The notes under the pieces were generated by a model, which was given only the letters and a program-made list of their open reading frames with translations, was not told where the DNA came from and ran no database searches. This document shows, piece after piece, positions 27,452-37,932 of a stretch of DNA of 64,000 nt. How positions within the stretch are numbered: the stretch's first letter is position 1; each line of letters starts with the position of its first letter. A program made the translations under genes and the position numbers. This DNA is from Paenalcaligenes sp. (GTDB taxonomy: Bacteria > Pseudomonadota > Gammaproteobacteria > Burkholderiales > Burkholderiaceae_B): positions 3,332-67,331 of the forward strand of contig DATGSS010000099.1 in assembly GCA_035302345.1 (NCBI GenBank), read 5' to 3'.

Positions 27452-27817
27452 TTAGGTACCTTTTGGATTTGTCCCATATTGATTAGTACCTGGTTGGCTA
27501 TCAAGCAGCATCAATACCAAAATGATCAGCGGCCCAATAACAGGAATAAAGACCAACAACAGCCACCATCCGGTACGACCCGTATCATGCAAACGACGTA
27601 TGCCCACCGCAATAGAGGGGATCAAAATGGCCAACCAGTAAATACTGCTAAGCACCCCTACGCCAGTTTGGGCGTTAAAAGTCCCAAGCATATTGTCGAT
27701 TAAGCTCAGGATAAAAAATATGATGATATTGAATAAAAGAAAAAACCAATATTCTTTTCTACGTGCGCGCCCTGTAAATACGGCATACTTTTGTAAGACG
27801 CTGAGATACCATTGCAT
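27452..27817 (-). CDS. DUF805 (YhaH-like) membrane protein
   Basis: GRARRKEYW, RRLHDTGRTGWW and NQYG motifs; AGGAGG RBS before ATG 27817. Confidence 0.92.
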   Translation of the reverse strand: MQWYLSVLQKYAVFTGRARRKEYWFFLLFNIIIFFILSLIDNMLGTFNAQTGVGVLSSIYWLAILIPSIAVGIRRLHDTGRTGWWLLLVFIPVIGPLIILVLMLLDSQPGTNQYGTNPKGT

Positions 27818-28002
27818 TTTTTCCTCCTTTCTTATTAGTTGATAATTTAACCATACCCCATAAGTCACCCTAAATACTAGACAGTTAGAAAAAATATCTC
27901 TTTTGCAGTTTTATTGATGTACGTTATGATTTAGGGCTTGTATTTATTTTATTTTTTTAGTTTCCCGCGTGGTTTAGCGGCTTAATCGGTACTGTAAAAA
28001 TT

Positions 28003-28413
28003 ATGGAACAACAACCCAATCAATCTGGTCAAAATCAATCCACACCTGCTCAGCCTGTCACGGCCGCGGCTTTGGATCAGGGGGTATCACAACAGCAACT
28101 AGATTCGTTGCGTACCCTAGCTATCGTCGTTTATGTACTGCAAGGTCTGTCATATTTCACCGCGATTACAGGCATCATTGGGCTGATTATCAACTATGTA
28201 AAACGCGCCGATACCAAGAACACCTGGGTTGAATCTCATTTCCGCTGGCAGATCCGTACGTTTTGGTTCGGTTTATTGTGGGCTGTGATTGGCTTATTGT
28301 TGGTGCACTTCTTTGTGGGCTTAATTGTGTTGTTGGTGGTAGGCATTTGGGTGGTCTATCGAATTGTGCGTGGTGTAATCGCAGCCATCGACAGAAGGCC
28401 TATGTACCAATAA
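28003..28413 (+). CDS. DUF4870-like membrane protein
   Basis: INYVKR...SHFRWQIRTFW...YRIVRG. Confidence 0.8.
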   Translation: MEQQPNQSGQNQSTPAQPVTAAALDQGVSQQQLDSLRTLAIVVYVLQGLSYFTAITGIIGLIINYVKRADTKNTWVESHFRWQIRTFWFGLLWAVIGLLLVHFFVGLIVLLVVGIWVVYRIVRGVIAAIDRRPMYQ

Positions 28414-28432
28414 ACACCTCTGCCTAAATGTC

Positions 28433-28463
28433 AAAAGCCAGGCCCTATGGACCTGGCTTTTTT
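28433..28463. terminator. Bidirectional terminator
   Basis: AAAAGCCAGG...CCTGGCTTTTTT. Confidence 0.85.
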
Positions 28464-28529
28464 ATGACCTTTTAATACCCTTTTAGTATCATTTTCAGAT
28501 TGAATTGTTGCTGGATTGAATTATTGCCT

Positions 28530-29369
28530 TTATTCAATTGCTTGGGTTTCCACCGTCATATCGTGCACATATACGGGGCGGTTTTCACCATCAGCAACAG
28601 ATTCCATAAAACGTTTGACTCGGATAATGCTGCTGTAGTTAGGGTCGAGCTCATAGCCCTCTAATTGATCACGCTGTATCTGCTGCCACGGACCTGTTTC
28701 CGTGCGAATACCACGATCATCATACTCCAATTGGCGCACTTTCAAGCACTCGCCCGAGCCGTCTGTGCATGTTTGCACCTGGGGATCTACCTGTAGAAAC
28801 TCGGTGACGGGCTCTTGGCCGTATTTAGTCTGGGCTGTGGCGGTCCCCTCGAGCTGCCAACGCATGCCATTAGCAAAACGCAATTCCAATGTGGGTGTCG
28901 ATTGTGCTAACTGGGCAGTATCAACCCCCTGTAATTGCCACTGTTCGGCTGCGGGCAGGACCTGTCCCACATAATTTTCCAACGCCATCACAGCATCGTC
29001 AGAGCACATTTTGCGCGTGCTCATCATCTGGCTAATGTTGATGCGCTCACCATTCACGGTGTAACTACCGCTAAGGTTATTACACAAGCCCTCAACCGAT
29101 ACACGATCATCATTAAAGCTGATATCAAAGGGGCGCATTTCTGCTGGCGCGGCGGGTAGCGATTGGCCCTCATCTGCTGATGATTGATTGGCCGCGGCGG
29201 CTGCCTGGCCCGATTTAGGTTGCGAAACGCGCTCGAGATGCCATACATAAGCTGTGAGCGCTGTTTGATTAGCTTGTTCCATAAATTCGTCTTTGTTCTC
29301 CACATGGCTGCTGCATGCGGCCAATGTAAATGCACTTGTAATGGCCAAGCCTAAAAATACTCTTCTCAT
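28530..29369 (-). CDS. META + DUF4377 domain lipoprotein
   Basis: Lipobox LAAC; LCNNLSGSY and STRKMC (META); C-terminal C..C domain with EGY motif. Confidence 0.85.
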   Translation of the reverse strand: MRRVFLGLAITSAFTLAACSSHVENKDEFMEQANQTALTAYVWHLERVSQPKSGQAAAAANQSSADEGQSLPAAPAEMRPFDISFNDDRVSVEGLCNNLSGSYTVNGERINISQMMSTRKMCSDDAVMALENYVGQVLPAAEQWQLQGVDTAQLAQSTPTLELRFANGMRWQLEGTATAQTKYGQEPVTEFLQVDPQVQTCTDGSGECLKVRQLEYDDRGIRTETGPWQQIQRDQLEGYELDPNYSSIIRVKRFMESVADGENRPVYVHDMTVETQAIE

Positions 29370-29472
29370 TTAATTTCCTAAAAACTATTTTTTGATATTG
29401 TTCCTACTGCCCTGCCTGTTGACAAGTGATTTCACAAAAAGTGACATTCCTTTTGTTACTCAACACTGCAAT

Positions 29473-31263
29473 TTAATCTGGGGCATGATCCTGCTTATTT
29501 CTGAGTTTGCGGCGTAAAACCTTGCCCACTGGGGAAAGAGGTAGATCATCCGTAAAACATATTTCGGCAGGTATTTTATATTTGGTTAAATTTGCCTGAC
29601 AATGCTGGCGGATTTGCTCGGCACCAAAACCGTCACCCGCCAGTCCCTCTTTGCGCAGCTGTATAAATGCACGGATGCGCTCACCGGTATCAGCATCAGG
29701 CACCCCGATTACTGCCACTGCGGTTACCTCGGGCAAACTACCAATGACCGCCTCTATCTCTGTAGGAAAAACCTGAAAACCCGACACGTTAATAATATCG
29801 TTTTTTCTTTCCTGTAAATACACAAAACCCTGCTCATCCATATAGCCCATATCACCCGTACGAAAAAAACCATCGTCGGTAAAGATGCCCTCATTATCAT
29901 CGGCACGATGATAGCCCGCCATCACCTGAGGCCCACGAACACAAATTTCACCACAGGTATGTAGGGGCAAAGGCAGGCCCTGTTCATCTAGGATTTGTAC
30001 CTCGGTAGAGGGTAATGGCAAACCCAGAGCCGCTTTCTGATGATTGCCCTTGAGCGGATTAATGCATACTGCGGGAGCCGTTTCCGTGAGCCCGTAGGCC
30101 TGTAACAAAGTCTGCCCAGTCACGGCCTCCCAGTGGGTGGCCACACTTTCTTCAACTGCCGCGCCCCCACCAATCACTACCCGAAAATGTGAAAAATCCA
30201 AATGCTGAAACTGAGGGTGCTGCAATAAACGGCGAAATAAAGTATTCACACCCGTAAAGGCACTGATGGGGTATTTGCGCATGGCCCCGATGATTTGGCC
30301 CATATCACGCCCATCTGCAATGAGTACATTGCTGCCGCCCAGATATAAAAACAACAAGCAATTGCCCAATAGAGAAAACACGTGATACATGGGCAAAGCG
30401 GTGAGTACCGTTTCTTGGCCAGCTTTGAGAGTGGGCATCAGCCAACTGGATACCTGATGGATATTGGCGACCATGTTTTGATGCGTCAACACCACGCCCT
30501 TGGGATGGCCCGTAGTGCCACCGGTATACAGCAAAAATGCCGGATCAGTCGCTGCGATCTGCGGTGTGTCATGTGATTGACGCGCTCCTTGGCGCAATAC
30601 TTGCATAAACCTATGGGTCTGACTGGGCAAAGGCGGCGAGTCGGATTGCTTGGGTAATGAGCCTTGATGATGCGCAGAATCGGGACGATGCTGGGCTTTT
30701 TGTCGGCGTCGTGCATGCGTTAGCCAGGCTAAAGCGTTGATCAAATAACGCCGCGGGGTGGATTGTAGATCGCCTAATTCGGTGATGATGAGCTCAGGAC
30801 TAGAGTCATATTTAAAATTCACCTGTGCACTTTGTGTGATGGCCTGTATTGCGGTTGTGGCAAAAGGACGCGCAATCACCACATACCGAGGTTGTGCATC
30901 CTCAAACAGTAAACGCAGCTCGCGTACGGTATATAACGGATTACATGTGGCCACAACACCGCCCGCCCGCAACACCCCTAGCATGGCCACCACGTATTGC
31001 ATTAGATTGGGCATCATCAAGGCGACCCGCTCTCCGGGTTGCAGGCCTCGGGCCAATAACCACTGGGCAAAATCATGGCTTAGCCCTTGTAATTGAGCAA
31101 AGGTCAATTGACCGCCCATAGAATACAAGCTAGGGCGAGTGGCATAGCGTTGGCAGCACTCATCTAGCACTTGCACCAGATTTTGGCCTAATAAAGGACG
31201 AATACATGCCGGTGTGGTGGGTGCGTAAAGCGCATGCCATGGGTGTACAGTTGGCTTGTGCAT
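29473..31263 (-). CDS. fadD: Long-chain fatty acid-CoA ligase
   Basis: YTGGTTGHPKG, YGLTE, GPQVM, FRTGD and GKVLRR motifs. Confidence 0.85.
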   Translation of the reverse strand: MHKPTVHPWHALYAPTTPACIRPLLGQNLVQVLDECCQRYATRPSLYSMGGQLTFAQLQGLSHDFAQWLLARGLQPGERVALMMPNLMQYVVAMLGVLRAGGVVATCNPLYTVRELRLLFEDAQPRYVVIARPFATTAIQAITQSAQVNFKYDSSPELIITELGDLQSTPRRYLINALAWLTHARRRQKAQHRPDSAHHQGSLPKQSDSPPLPSQTHRFMQVLRQGARQSHDTPQIAATDPAFLLYTGGTTGHPKGVVLTHQNMVANIHQVSSWLMPTLKAGQETVLTALPMYHVFSLLGNCLLFLYLGGSNVLIADGRDMGQIIGAMRKYPISAFTGVNTLFRRLLQHPQFQHLDFSHFRVVIGGGAAVEESVATHWEAVTGQTLLQAYGLTETAPAVCINPLKGNHQKAALGLPLPSTEVQILDEQGLPLPLHTCGEICVRGPQVMAGYHRADDNEGIFTDDGFFRTGDMGYMDEQGFVYLQERKNDIINVSGFQVFPTEIEAVIGSLPEVTAVAVIGVPDADTGERIRAFIQLRKEGLAGDGFGAEQIRQHCQANLTKYKIPAEICFTDDLPLSPVGKVLRRKLRNKQDHAPD

Positions 31264-31327
31264 GTCCTCCTCCTTGCGAGGTGTCTTATCCCATCATAAT
31301 CCTTTTTATTAATTTTTTCGTGGTCAT

Positions 31328-31365
31328 AAAAATAGCCACAGTGCCTGAACAGCGCTGTGGCTATT
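31328..31365 (-). terminator. Terminator after ccp
   Basis: AATAGCCACAG...CTGTGGCTATT with an A run on the left. Confidence 0.8.
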
Positions 31366-31413
31366 GGATTTACTAATAATCAGACCCTAATCAAAGTTCT
31401 GACTATCCTGTGA

Positions 31414-32415
31414 TTACTCCTCCCAGGGGTTGGGCTTGGGAGTGTCATCAGTAGAGGGTGGCAGGATGGGCAATACGACCTCGGGCTGCTCACCGGTGAG
31501 GGTCTTGAGAAAGGCGACAATCTTGGCGTTTTCCTCGTCGTTATACACACGGCCCAGCTGCAAGCGACCCATGATGTCAACAGCCTCGGTCAAGGTCCAA
31601 ACTGCCCCATCGTGGAAATAAGGGTACGTCAACTCGACGTTACGCAGTGTGGGGACCTTAAAGCTAAAGCGGTCAGCATCCACGCCGGTTACCTCGACGC
31701 GACCCTCGGCAGGGTTAAGCGTGTGGTAAGGCTCGACGACGCCCATCTTTTGGAATGAGGTTCCACCTAGGTTGACACCATTGTGACAAGCCACACAGCC
31801 ACTGGTCATAAAGAGTTCCCAGCCCTCGAGCTCAAAATCAGTCAGGGCGTCATCATCGCCGCGTAACCACTGGTCAAAGGGCGCATTGGGTGTGGTCAGC
31901 GTTTCTTCGTAGACCGCAATCGCATCGGTAACCTCGTCAATACCAAAGTCGGCATTGTCATAAATGGCCTCAAACCTTTCTACGTACTCGGGAATAGAAC
32001 GCAGCACCCCGATAGCTAGCTCGTGGGTGAAGCCCATTTCGAGCGGGTTTTCGATAGGGCCGCCGGCTTGCTCTTGGAGTGAACCAGCACGACCATCCCA
32101 AAACTGTGCAATATTAAGGCTGGAGTTTAAAACGGTAGGCGAGTTGATGGGACCTTGTGCCCAACGATCACCAATGGATGACACCAGGTTGTCAGAACCA
32201 CCCATGCTCAGGTTGTGGCATGAGTTACAGGAAATAAAACCAGAACGTGACAAACGAGGATCAAAAAACAGCATTTTCCCAAGTTCGACTTTTTCTGGCT
32301 CGGTAATTTCTGCCTCTGGAATAGGTTGTACAGGCACATTGCGCACAGATTCCGCATTGGCGGCAAAAGCCAGACAGGTCGATAATGCTAACACTGAAAG
32401 CCGAAAGGTGGACAT
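31414..32415 (-). CDS. ccp: Di-heme cytochrome c peroxidase
   Basis: Signal peptide; CNSCH and CVACH heme motifs; QFWDGRA, FKVPTLRN and YPYFHDG. Confidence 0.95.
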   Translation of the reverse strand: MSTFRLSVLALSTCLAFAANAESVRNVPVQPIPEAEITEPEKVELGKMLFFDPRLSRSGFISCNSCHNLSMGGSDNLVSSIGDRWAQGPINSPTVLNSSLNIAQFWDGRAGSLQEQAGGPIENPLEMGFTHELAIGVLRSIPEYVERFEAIYDNADFGIDEVTDAIAVYEETLTTPNAPFDQWLRGDDDALTDFELEGWELFMTSGCVACHNGVNLGGTSFQKMGVVEPYHTLNPAEGRVEVTGVDADRFSFKVPTLRNVELTYPYFHDGAVWTLTEAVDIMGRLQLGRVYNDEENAKIVAFLKTLTGEQPEVVLPILPPSTDDTPKPNPWEE

Positions 32416-32604
32416 ATGTAATTCCCCTAAAAATTCCCCTGAACAGTAAAACCAAGAAAAACCATACGGTTACCAAGAAAACCTAACTCACATCCTGATA
32501 ACCAGGCACTCACTGAAAACGTAAAATCTAAGTGTTTTTATGTGTTGCGTTAGTAACTATTTTTCTCTACATGTTCAAATTAGCAAATCCGATCGGCTGT
32601 CAAT

Positions 32605-32618
32605 ATGATGCATATCAA
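32605..32618. promoter_or_regulatory. FNR/Btr-type box upstream of ccp
   Basis: Minus strand TTGAT-ATGC-ATCAT, 9/10 match to TTGAT-N4-ATCAA. Confidence 0.6.
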
Positions 32619-32731
32619 GAAAGGCACAAATGTTGTGGGGATATTACACTTTGTGCATTGGCCTTTTTAACTAGGTGGCCTGCAGTTTACAAAGGCAGGC
32701 TACATGCCAGCAATCTAGGACATTAAAATTT

Positions 32732-32760
32732 AAAAAAAGAGCCGCTAGATTAGCGGCTCT
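32732..32760 (-). terminator. Terminator after phaR
   Basis: AGAGCCGCTA/TAGCGGCTCT with A7. Confidence 0.85.
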
Positions 32761-32787
32761 AACAGATATCAATAATATAACCCGTGA

Positions 32788-33336
32788 TTAATTATCTGAT
32801 TTATTTTGAGGTGGTGTAAAAGGAAACTGTCCAAAGATATTCAGATTTTGGTCACGCATCTGTTCTTGCATCTGAACAAACAGTTTTTTGCTTTGATCGA
32901 TGTATGTGTTCATCGCATTTTGCATCACTGGTGTTTGTACAGCCATGAACTGTGTCCAGGCCTCGGGGCTGAGCTGATTGCCATATAACCCCTTGGATTG
33001 TTCGGCCACCCGGTCTTGTATATCGATAAACGCCTGTATGTTTTGCTCGATATAATTGCCCATCACACCCTGCATCGCAGTCCCGTAAAAACGGATAATC
33101 TGCGCAAGTGCATTGGCCGAAAAAATCGGCAACTGTCCACTTTCCTCTTCGAGGATGATTTGCAACAAGATGCTACGGGTAATGTCTTCGTCAGTTTTAG
33201 AATCGACGACTGCGAACTGCTCGTGATCAAGCACCAGCTGTTTGACATCGGCCAGCGTGATATAAGCGCTGGTATGAGTGTCATAAAGTCGCCGATTCGG
33301 GTACTTTTTAATCAAACGTGTGTTAGATGCTGTCAT
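32788..33336 (-). CDS. phaR: PHA synthesis repressor PhaR
   Basis: IKKYPNRRLYDT..SAYITL and DITRSILLQII motifs. Confidence 0.96.
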   Translation of the reverse strand: MTASNTRLIKKYPNRRLYDTHTSAYITLADVKQLVLDHEQFAVVDSKTDEDITRSILLQIILEEESGQLPIFSANALAQIIRFYGTAMQGVMGNYIEQNIQAFIDIQDRVAEQSKGLYGNQLSPEAWTQFMAVQTPVMQNAMNTYIDQSKKLFVQMQEQMRDQNLNIFGQFPFTPPQNKSDN

Positions 33337-33378
33337 ATGCCCTCTAGGTTAAAGCGGTACTAATATTACTTTAACACT

Positions 33379-34116
33379 TTAGTACATATGTAATCCGCCG
33401 TTGACCGAAAAGTCAGCCCCGGTGGCAAAGCCGGCCTCGTCAGAGGCTAGCCAGCTAACGATAGAGGCGATCTCTTCGGGCTCACCCAAGCGACGCACTG
33501 GAATAGAGGCCACGATTTTCTCTAAGACGTCTTCGCGCACGGCGCGCACCATCTCGGTACCAATATAACCCGGGGAAACCGTATTAACTGTCACCCCTTT
33601 GCGGGCGTATTCCTGTGCCAAAGCCTTTGTGAAACCGTGCATACCTGCTTTGGCGGCTGAATAGTTGGTCTGACCAAACTGACCTTTTTGGCCATTAATC
33701 GAGCTGATATTCACAACCCGCCCCCACCCTGCGTCAGCCATCTGCTCAATCACCTGTTTGGTGACATTAAATAGGCTATTGAGGTTGGTGTTAATGACGT
33801 CTTGCCATTGCTCGACACTCATGCGACTAAAAGTGGTATCACGTGTAATCCCCGCATTGTTGACCAGTATATCGATGACGCCCACCTCTCTACTGATTTT
33901 TTCAATCGCGGCTTGGGTCGCATCAAAGTCGGTCACGTCGGCTGGCATTGCATGGAAATCAAAGCCTTGTTCTTTTTGTTCGTCTAGCCATTCTTGGTAA
34001 TTGCGACCTGCGCTACAGCCAGCAATGACAATCATCCCGTCATTGGCTAACCGCTGACATATCGCTGTACCAATCCCCCCCATGCCACCTGTGACTAGTG
34101 CAATTTTTTGACTCAT
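33379..34116 (-). CDS. phbB: Acetoacetyl-CoA reductase
   Basis: TGGMGGIG, NNAGITRD and KGQFGQTNYSAAK motifs. Confidence 0.96.
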   Translation of the reverse strand: MSQKIALVTGGMGGIGTAICQRLANDGMIVIAGCSAGRNYQEWLDEQKEQGFDFHAMPADVTDFDATQAAIEKISREVGVIDILVNNAGITRDTTFSRMSVEQWQDVINTNLNSLFNVTKQVIEQMADAGWGRVVNISSINGQKGQFGQTNYSAAKAGMHGFTKALAQEYARKGVTVNTVSPGYIGTEMVRAVREDVLEKIVASIPVRRLGEPEEIASIVSWLASDEAGFATGADFSVNGGLHMY

Positions 34117-34196
34117 TTTAGTACTCCTATTTTAGGTTTTATAGTAAAGTCCGCGGGGACTTTTATTGATATAGGCGCTCATTTAGCAAAGGTGAA

Positions 34197-35828
34197 TTAC
34201 AGCGCTTTTCTTTTTACATAACTGCCGGGTGCATCCTCTATAGTGGTGTATTTTTCATTGCCCAAGGATTTGGGTGCGGGGACCATTTTACCCCCTTGCT
34301 TGGCCAGCCACTGGGCCCAGTCAGTCCACCAACTGCCCTCGTGTTTGGGCGCTTGGGCCAACCATTCACCTGGGACGGCGTGCTTTTCAAGCAGGGAATC
34401 ATCATCGTAGGCCCAATAATGTCGGCGATTAGCCGCGGGCGGGTTAATCACCCCGGCAACATGGCCCGAGGCGCCCAAGACAAATCGACGTGGGCCGCTA
34501 ACCTGGCGTACTGATGCAAAAGCGGTGCCCCAAGGCACAATATGGTCGTCTTTGGAGCCATATATGTACGTAGGCATATCCAAGACAGTGAAATCAATGG
34601 GCGTACCATCTACGGTGATCTTGCCTGGGACGGCCAGATTGTTTTCTAAATAGGTATTGCGGAAATACCAGGTAAAGAAACTGCCCGGCAAATTAGTGCC
34701 GTCACTGTTCCAATACAAGATATCAAATGCAGGCGGAGTCTCGCCCTCGAGATAGTTGCTGGTAACGTAATTCCAGACAAGCTCAGAGGGACGCAGCATG
34801 GAAAAGGTATTAGCCAGCTGTGCAGCCCCCATTAAACGACCGTCCGCTAACTGCCATTCAAAAGATTGTGTGCTGGCCTCGTCAACAAAAACGTCCATCA
34901 CCCCGACATCATGAAAATCAAGCATGCTGGTTAGCAGCGTCAAGCTATGACTGGGACTACTGTTACGGGCCTGAGCTACGCTAAGTGCTGATGACAGCAG
35001 AGTTCCGCCCACACAAAAGCCCAAGGTGTTGAATTTTTTTTGGCCGGTGATCTCTTGGACGATCTCGATGGCACGCAGCACACCGTGCTCAATATAGTCA
35101 CCCCAGGTCGCGTAACGAATACCGTCGTCGTCCTCGGGCATCGGATTGCGCCATGACATTAGAAATACTGTATGCCCCTGATCAACTGCATATTTCACAA
35201 ATGAATTTTCGGGTTGCAGATCGAGAATATAGTATTTATTAATGCAAGGAGGCACGATCAACAAGGGGCGCTCGTGGACCTCAGAGGTGCTAGGGGTGTA
35301 TTGGATGAGCTGCATGAGCTCGTTTTGGTAGATGACCGCACCGGGTGTGATGGCTAAATTTTTGCCGACCTCGAAAGCACTCTCGTCGACCTGGGTCAGA
35401 CGCCCTTTTTGGATATCGCCCATTAGGTTTTCCAACCCCTTGAGCAGCGATTGCCCCTGGGATTCAAAAAACTTTTGCTGACTCTCGGGGTTGGTCACTA
35501 GGAAATTAGCCGGGGACCACATTTCTGCCCATTGCATGGCATAAAAAGCCAAGCGATCTTGGATAGCAGTGCTTTTGGTGGTGATCTGTGCGAGTTGCTG
35601 CAGCGTATTAGCGTACAGCTGCCATGCATGTGCCTGAAACAAAGCAGCGGGATTTTTAGCCCATGCCTCACCCCTAAAGCGTCGCGAACGCAGTGGCGCC
35701 AAAGAACCTGTCTGGGCCTGTGCGCACAACTCGCCCCATTTTTGTAAAAAATCCTGCTGTATGCTTTGTGCTGCCTGCAGGTCGATGAGTGGTTCAAAAC
35801 TATGTGATTGGTTTGTTTTTTGATTCAC
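34197..35828 (-). CDS. phaC: Class I PHA synthase
   Basis: PPCINKYYILDL, GFCVGG lipase box, DHIVPW and SGHVAG; GTG start. Confidence 0.96.
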   Translation of the reverse strand: MNQKTNQSHSFEPLIDLQAAQSIQQDFLQKWGELCAQAQTGSLAPLRSRRFRGEAWAKNPAALFQAHAWQLYANTLQQLAQITTKSTAIQDRLAFYAMQWAEMWSPANFLVTNPESQQKFFESQGQSLLKGLENLMGDIQKGRLTQVDESAFEVGKNLAITPGAVIYQNELMQLIQYTPSTSEVHERPLLIVPPCINKYYILDLQPENSFVKYAVDQGHTVFLMSWRNPMPEDDDGIRYATWGDYIEHGVLRAIEIVQEITGQKKFNTLGFCVGGTLLSSALSVAQARNSSPSHSLTLLTSMLDFHDVGVMDVFVDEASTQSFEWQLADGRLMGAAQLANTFSMLRPSELVWNYVTSNYLEGETPPAFDILYWNSDGTNLPGSFFTWYFRNTYLENNLAVPGKITVDGTPIDFTVLDMPTYIYGSKDDHIVPWGTAFASVRQVSGPRRFVLGASGHVAGVINPPAANRRHYWAYDDDSLLEKHAVPGEWLAQAPKHEGSWWTDWAQWLAKQGGKMVPAPKSLGNEKYTTIEDAPGSYVKRKAL

Positions 35829-36030
35829 GTTACACCTTTGAACTCAATGGATAAAACAAATTATTGCGTAGCGCAGGCACTGTTTGTATTTTTCTTAACC
35901 ATGAATTTAAATGTTACATGGCTGCATGGGCTGTATCAATGGGGGAAACTCCATGGTAGCCCCACTTGCTTTAAATTCACAAATAAAATAATGCTAATAA
36001 ATTCTAAGGCTGTGATGACGAGGTTCAAAG

Positions 36031-36831
36031 CTATTTAGTGGCGTTTGGGCGTGATTCGTCTAGCCAGGCAACCGTCGCCAAGCGCCCTGTAATACGATCA
36101 CGACGATAAGAAAAAAACTGATCCTCGAGGGCATAAGTGCACAACTGACTATCGTGCACAATCACCTGCCCTGCAAAACTACGTTGCAAACGCACGCGTG
36201 CTAAACCAGCCAAATCAGCCAACCATTTACCGGGTCTCAGATAGCGGAAAAACTGCGCGTCCTGTGGTGTTTGCTGTGTAAAGCTGTGGTAGACATCCTC
36301 GCCCACCTCGAAATGAGATTGCCGTATGGCGGGCCCAACCCATGCCTGCCACTGTTGAGCTGCCGTATAGCGCTGCATGTGTGCGGCCAGCTGTTGCAAG
36401 ACCCCCTGCGCTAATCCGCGCCATCCGGCATGCGCAACCCCTAGCACCCGAGCGTGGATGTCTGTGATAACAATAGGCAAGCAATCTGCCGTGAGTACTG
36501 CTAGCACGCATCCAGTATCACGCGTAAACGCAGCATCAGCAGTGATGGGAATCGGAGCTGGCCGCATATTTCTTTTGAGCTCGACCACCTCGGTGCCATG
36601 CACCTGCCGTAGCCAATGCACTGGCCCTGGCAACAATGACTGTAGTTGCGCCCTATTTTGGCGCACTGCGCGGGGGTCATCGCCACAATGCGCACCTAAA
36701 TTCCAAGACGACCATGGCCCTTGGCTACGCCCCGCATCGCGTGTGGTGGCGAAATAAGTGACCCCTGGAATGTGTTGGCCACTGACAACGTTATGGGGCA
36801 GGCAGTGATGATCAATCGGTGTGTTTGTCAA
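36031..36831 (-). CDS. pgeF: Peptidoglycan editing factor PgeF (YfiH)
   Basis: QVHG, TADCLP, HAGWRG and FSYRR motifs; start moved to TTG 36831 after AGGAGG, overlapping the rluD end. Confidence 0.92.
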   Translation of the reverse strand: MTNTPIDHHCLPHNVVSGQHIPGVTYFATTRDAGRSQGPWSSWNLGAHCGDDPRAVRQNRAQLQSLLPGPVHWLRQVHGTEVVELKRNMRPAPIPITADAAFTRDTGCVLAVLTADCLPIVITDIHARVLGVAHAGWRGLAQGVLQQLAAHMQRYTAAQQWQAWVGPAIRQSHFEVGEDVYHSFTQQTPQDAQFFRYLRPGKWLADLAGLARVRLQRSFAGQVIVHDSQLCTYALEDQFFSYRRDRITGRLATVAWLDESRPNATK

Positions 36832-37792
36832 AAGGCACCTCCTGTGTCCAATGAATTTGCTCGCATAGGGCCTGATAATCAGCAGGAGGTGGGCATTCAA
36901 AGTGTAGCTCTTGAGCAGTATCGGGTGCAATAAAACCCAACTGGAAAGCATGTAGCATCTGTCGTGGTGTATAGGGGGTATTAAGCCCGCCGTATAGTCC
37001 ATCACCCAACAAAGGGTGGCCCTGGCTGCTGAGGTGCACGCGGATTTGATGCGTGCGACCCGTATGCAATCTACATTTTACCTCAGTGACCTGGTGCTGA
37101 TGATCGACTACCCCGTAGCGCAGCGCCTGATAATCCGTACGTGCGCTACGGGCACCGGGCAAATCACGTGCACACATACGCACAGCTACCCGAGGGTCAC
37201 GGGCAATTGGTGCCTGTATTGTTCCGTGGGCTAGAGTCCGCCCTACGCAAACCGCACGATAGGCTCTTTTAACTGTTCGTTTTTTTAATTGTTTAATCAA
37301 TACCTCACGTGCGTGTTCGGTGCGTGCAACCATCAATAGCCCTGAGGTGTCTTTATCTAGTCGGTGCACGATACCAGCACGTGTCACATGCTCTAACTCG
37401 GGAAAATAATATAGCAGTGCATTTAATAATGTCCCCGACCAATTGCCCGACCCTGGGTGGGTCACCATCCCAGCGGCCTTATTGAGCACCACCACCTGTT
37501 CGGACACGTGCACAATATCCAGAGGGATGTCTTGGGGCACAAAGGCCTTTTCCTGCGCACTGGGCTGGACTTGTACCTGTATCTGATCACCCGCCTGTAC
37601 ACGGGCCCGCGGGCGCGCGGGTTGATCATTTAAGCGCACCGCTCCATCATGGATCCATTGTTGGATCCGTGCCCGTGAATAATCAGGCAATACTGTGGCT
37701 AAATATTTATCCAGGCGTTGTGCTGGCGTGCCTTTAGCCACCTGTATGTCGTGGACAGAGTCAGAGGTTGGATATTTTTGTGAAACATTCAT
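36812..37792 (-). CDS. rluD: 23S rRNA pseudouridine synthase RluD
   Basis: S4 domain; HRLDKDTSG and TGRTHQIRVH motifs; divergent from bamD. Confidence 0.93.
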   Translation of the reverse strand: MNVSQKYPTSDSVHDIQVAKGTPAQRLDKYLATVLPDYSRARIQQWIHDGAVRLNDQPARPRARVQAGDQIQVQVQPSAQEKAFVPQDIPLDIVHVSEQVVVLNKAAGMVTHPGSGNWSGTLLNALLYYFPELEHVTRAGIVHRLDKDTSGLLMVARTEHAREVLIKQLKKRTVKRAYRAVCVGRTLAHGTIQAPIARDPRVAVRMCARDLPGARSARTDYQALRYGVVDHQHQVTEVKCRLHTGRTHQIRVHLSSQGHPLLGDGLYGGLNTPYTPRQMLHAFQLGFIAPDTAQELHFECPPPADYQALCEQIHWTQEVPFDKHTD

Positions 37793-37932
37793 AAAATTTA
37801 GCAATCCAAAGCAGCGACCGTATAAATCGGTATAGTCTATATCTCGGCGCTATAATCCCTTAGAATACACAGTTCATGGCGTTTGTGTTCATGTCGCCCA
37901 AACTTTTGCTTTGCACCACAAGGAATTCATTC

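Noticed and set aside
36832-37005. Apparent N-terminal extension of PgeF
   Set aside because: Lies inside rluD; a strong AGGAGG precedes TTG at 36831.
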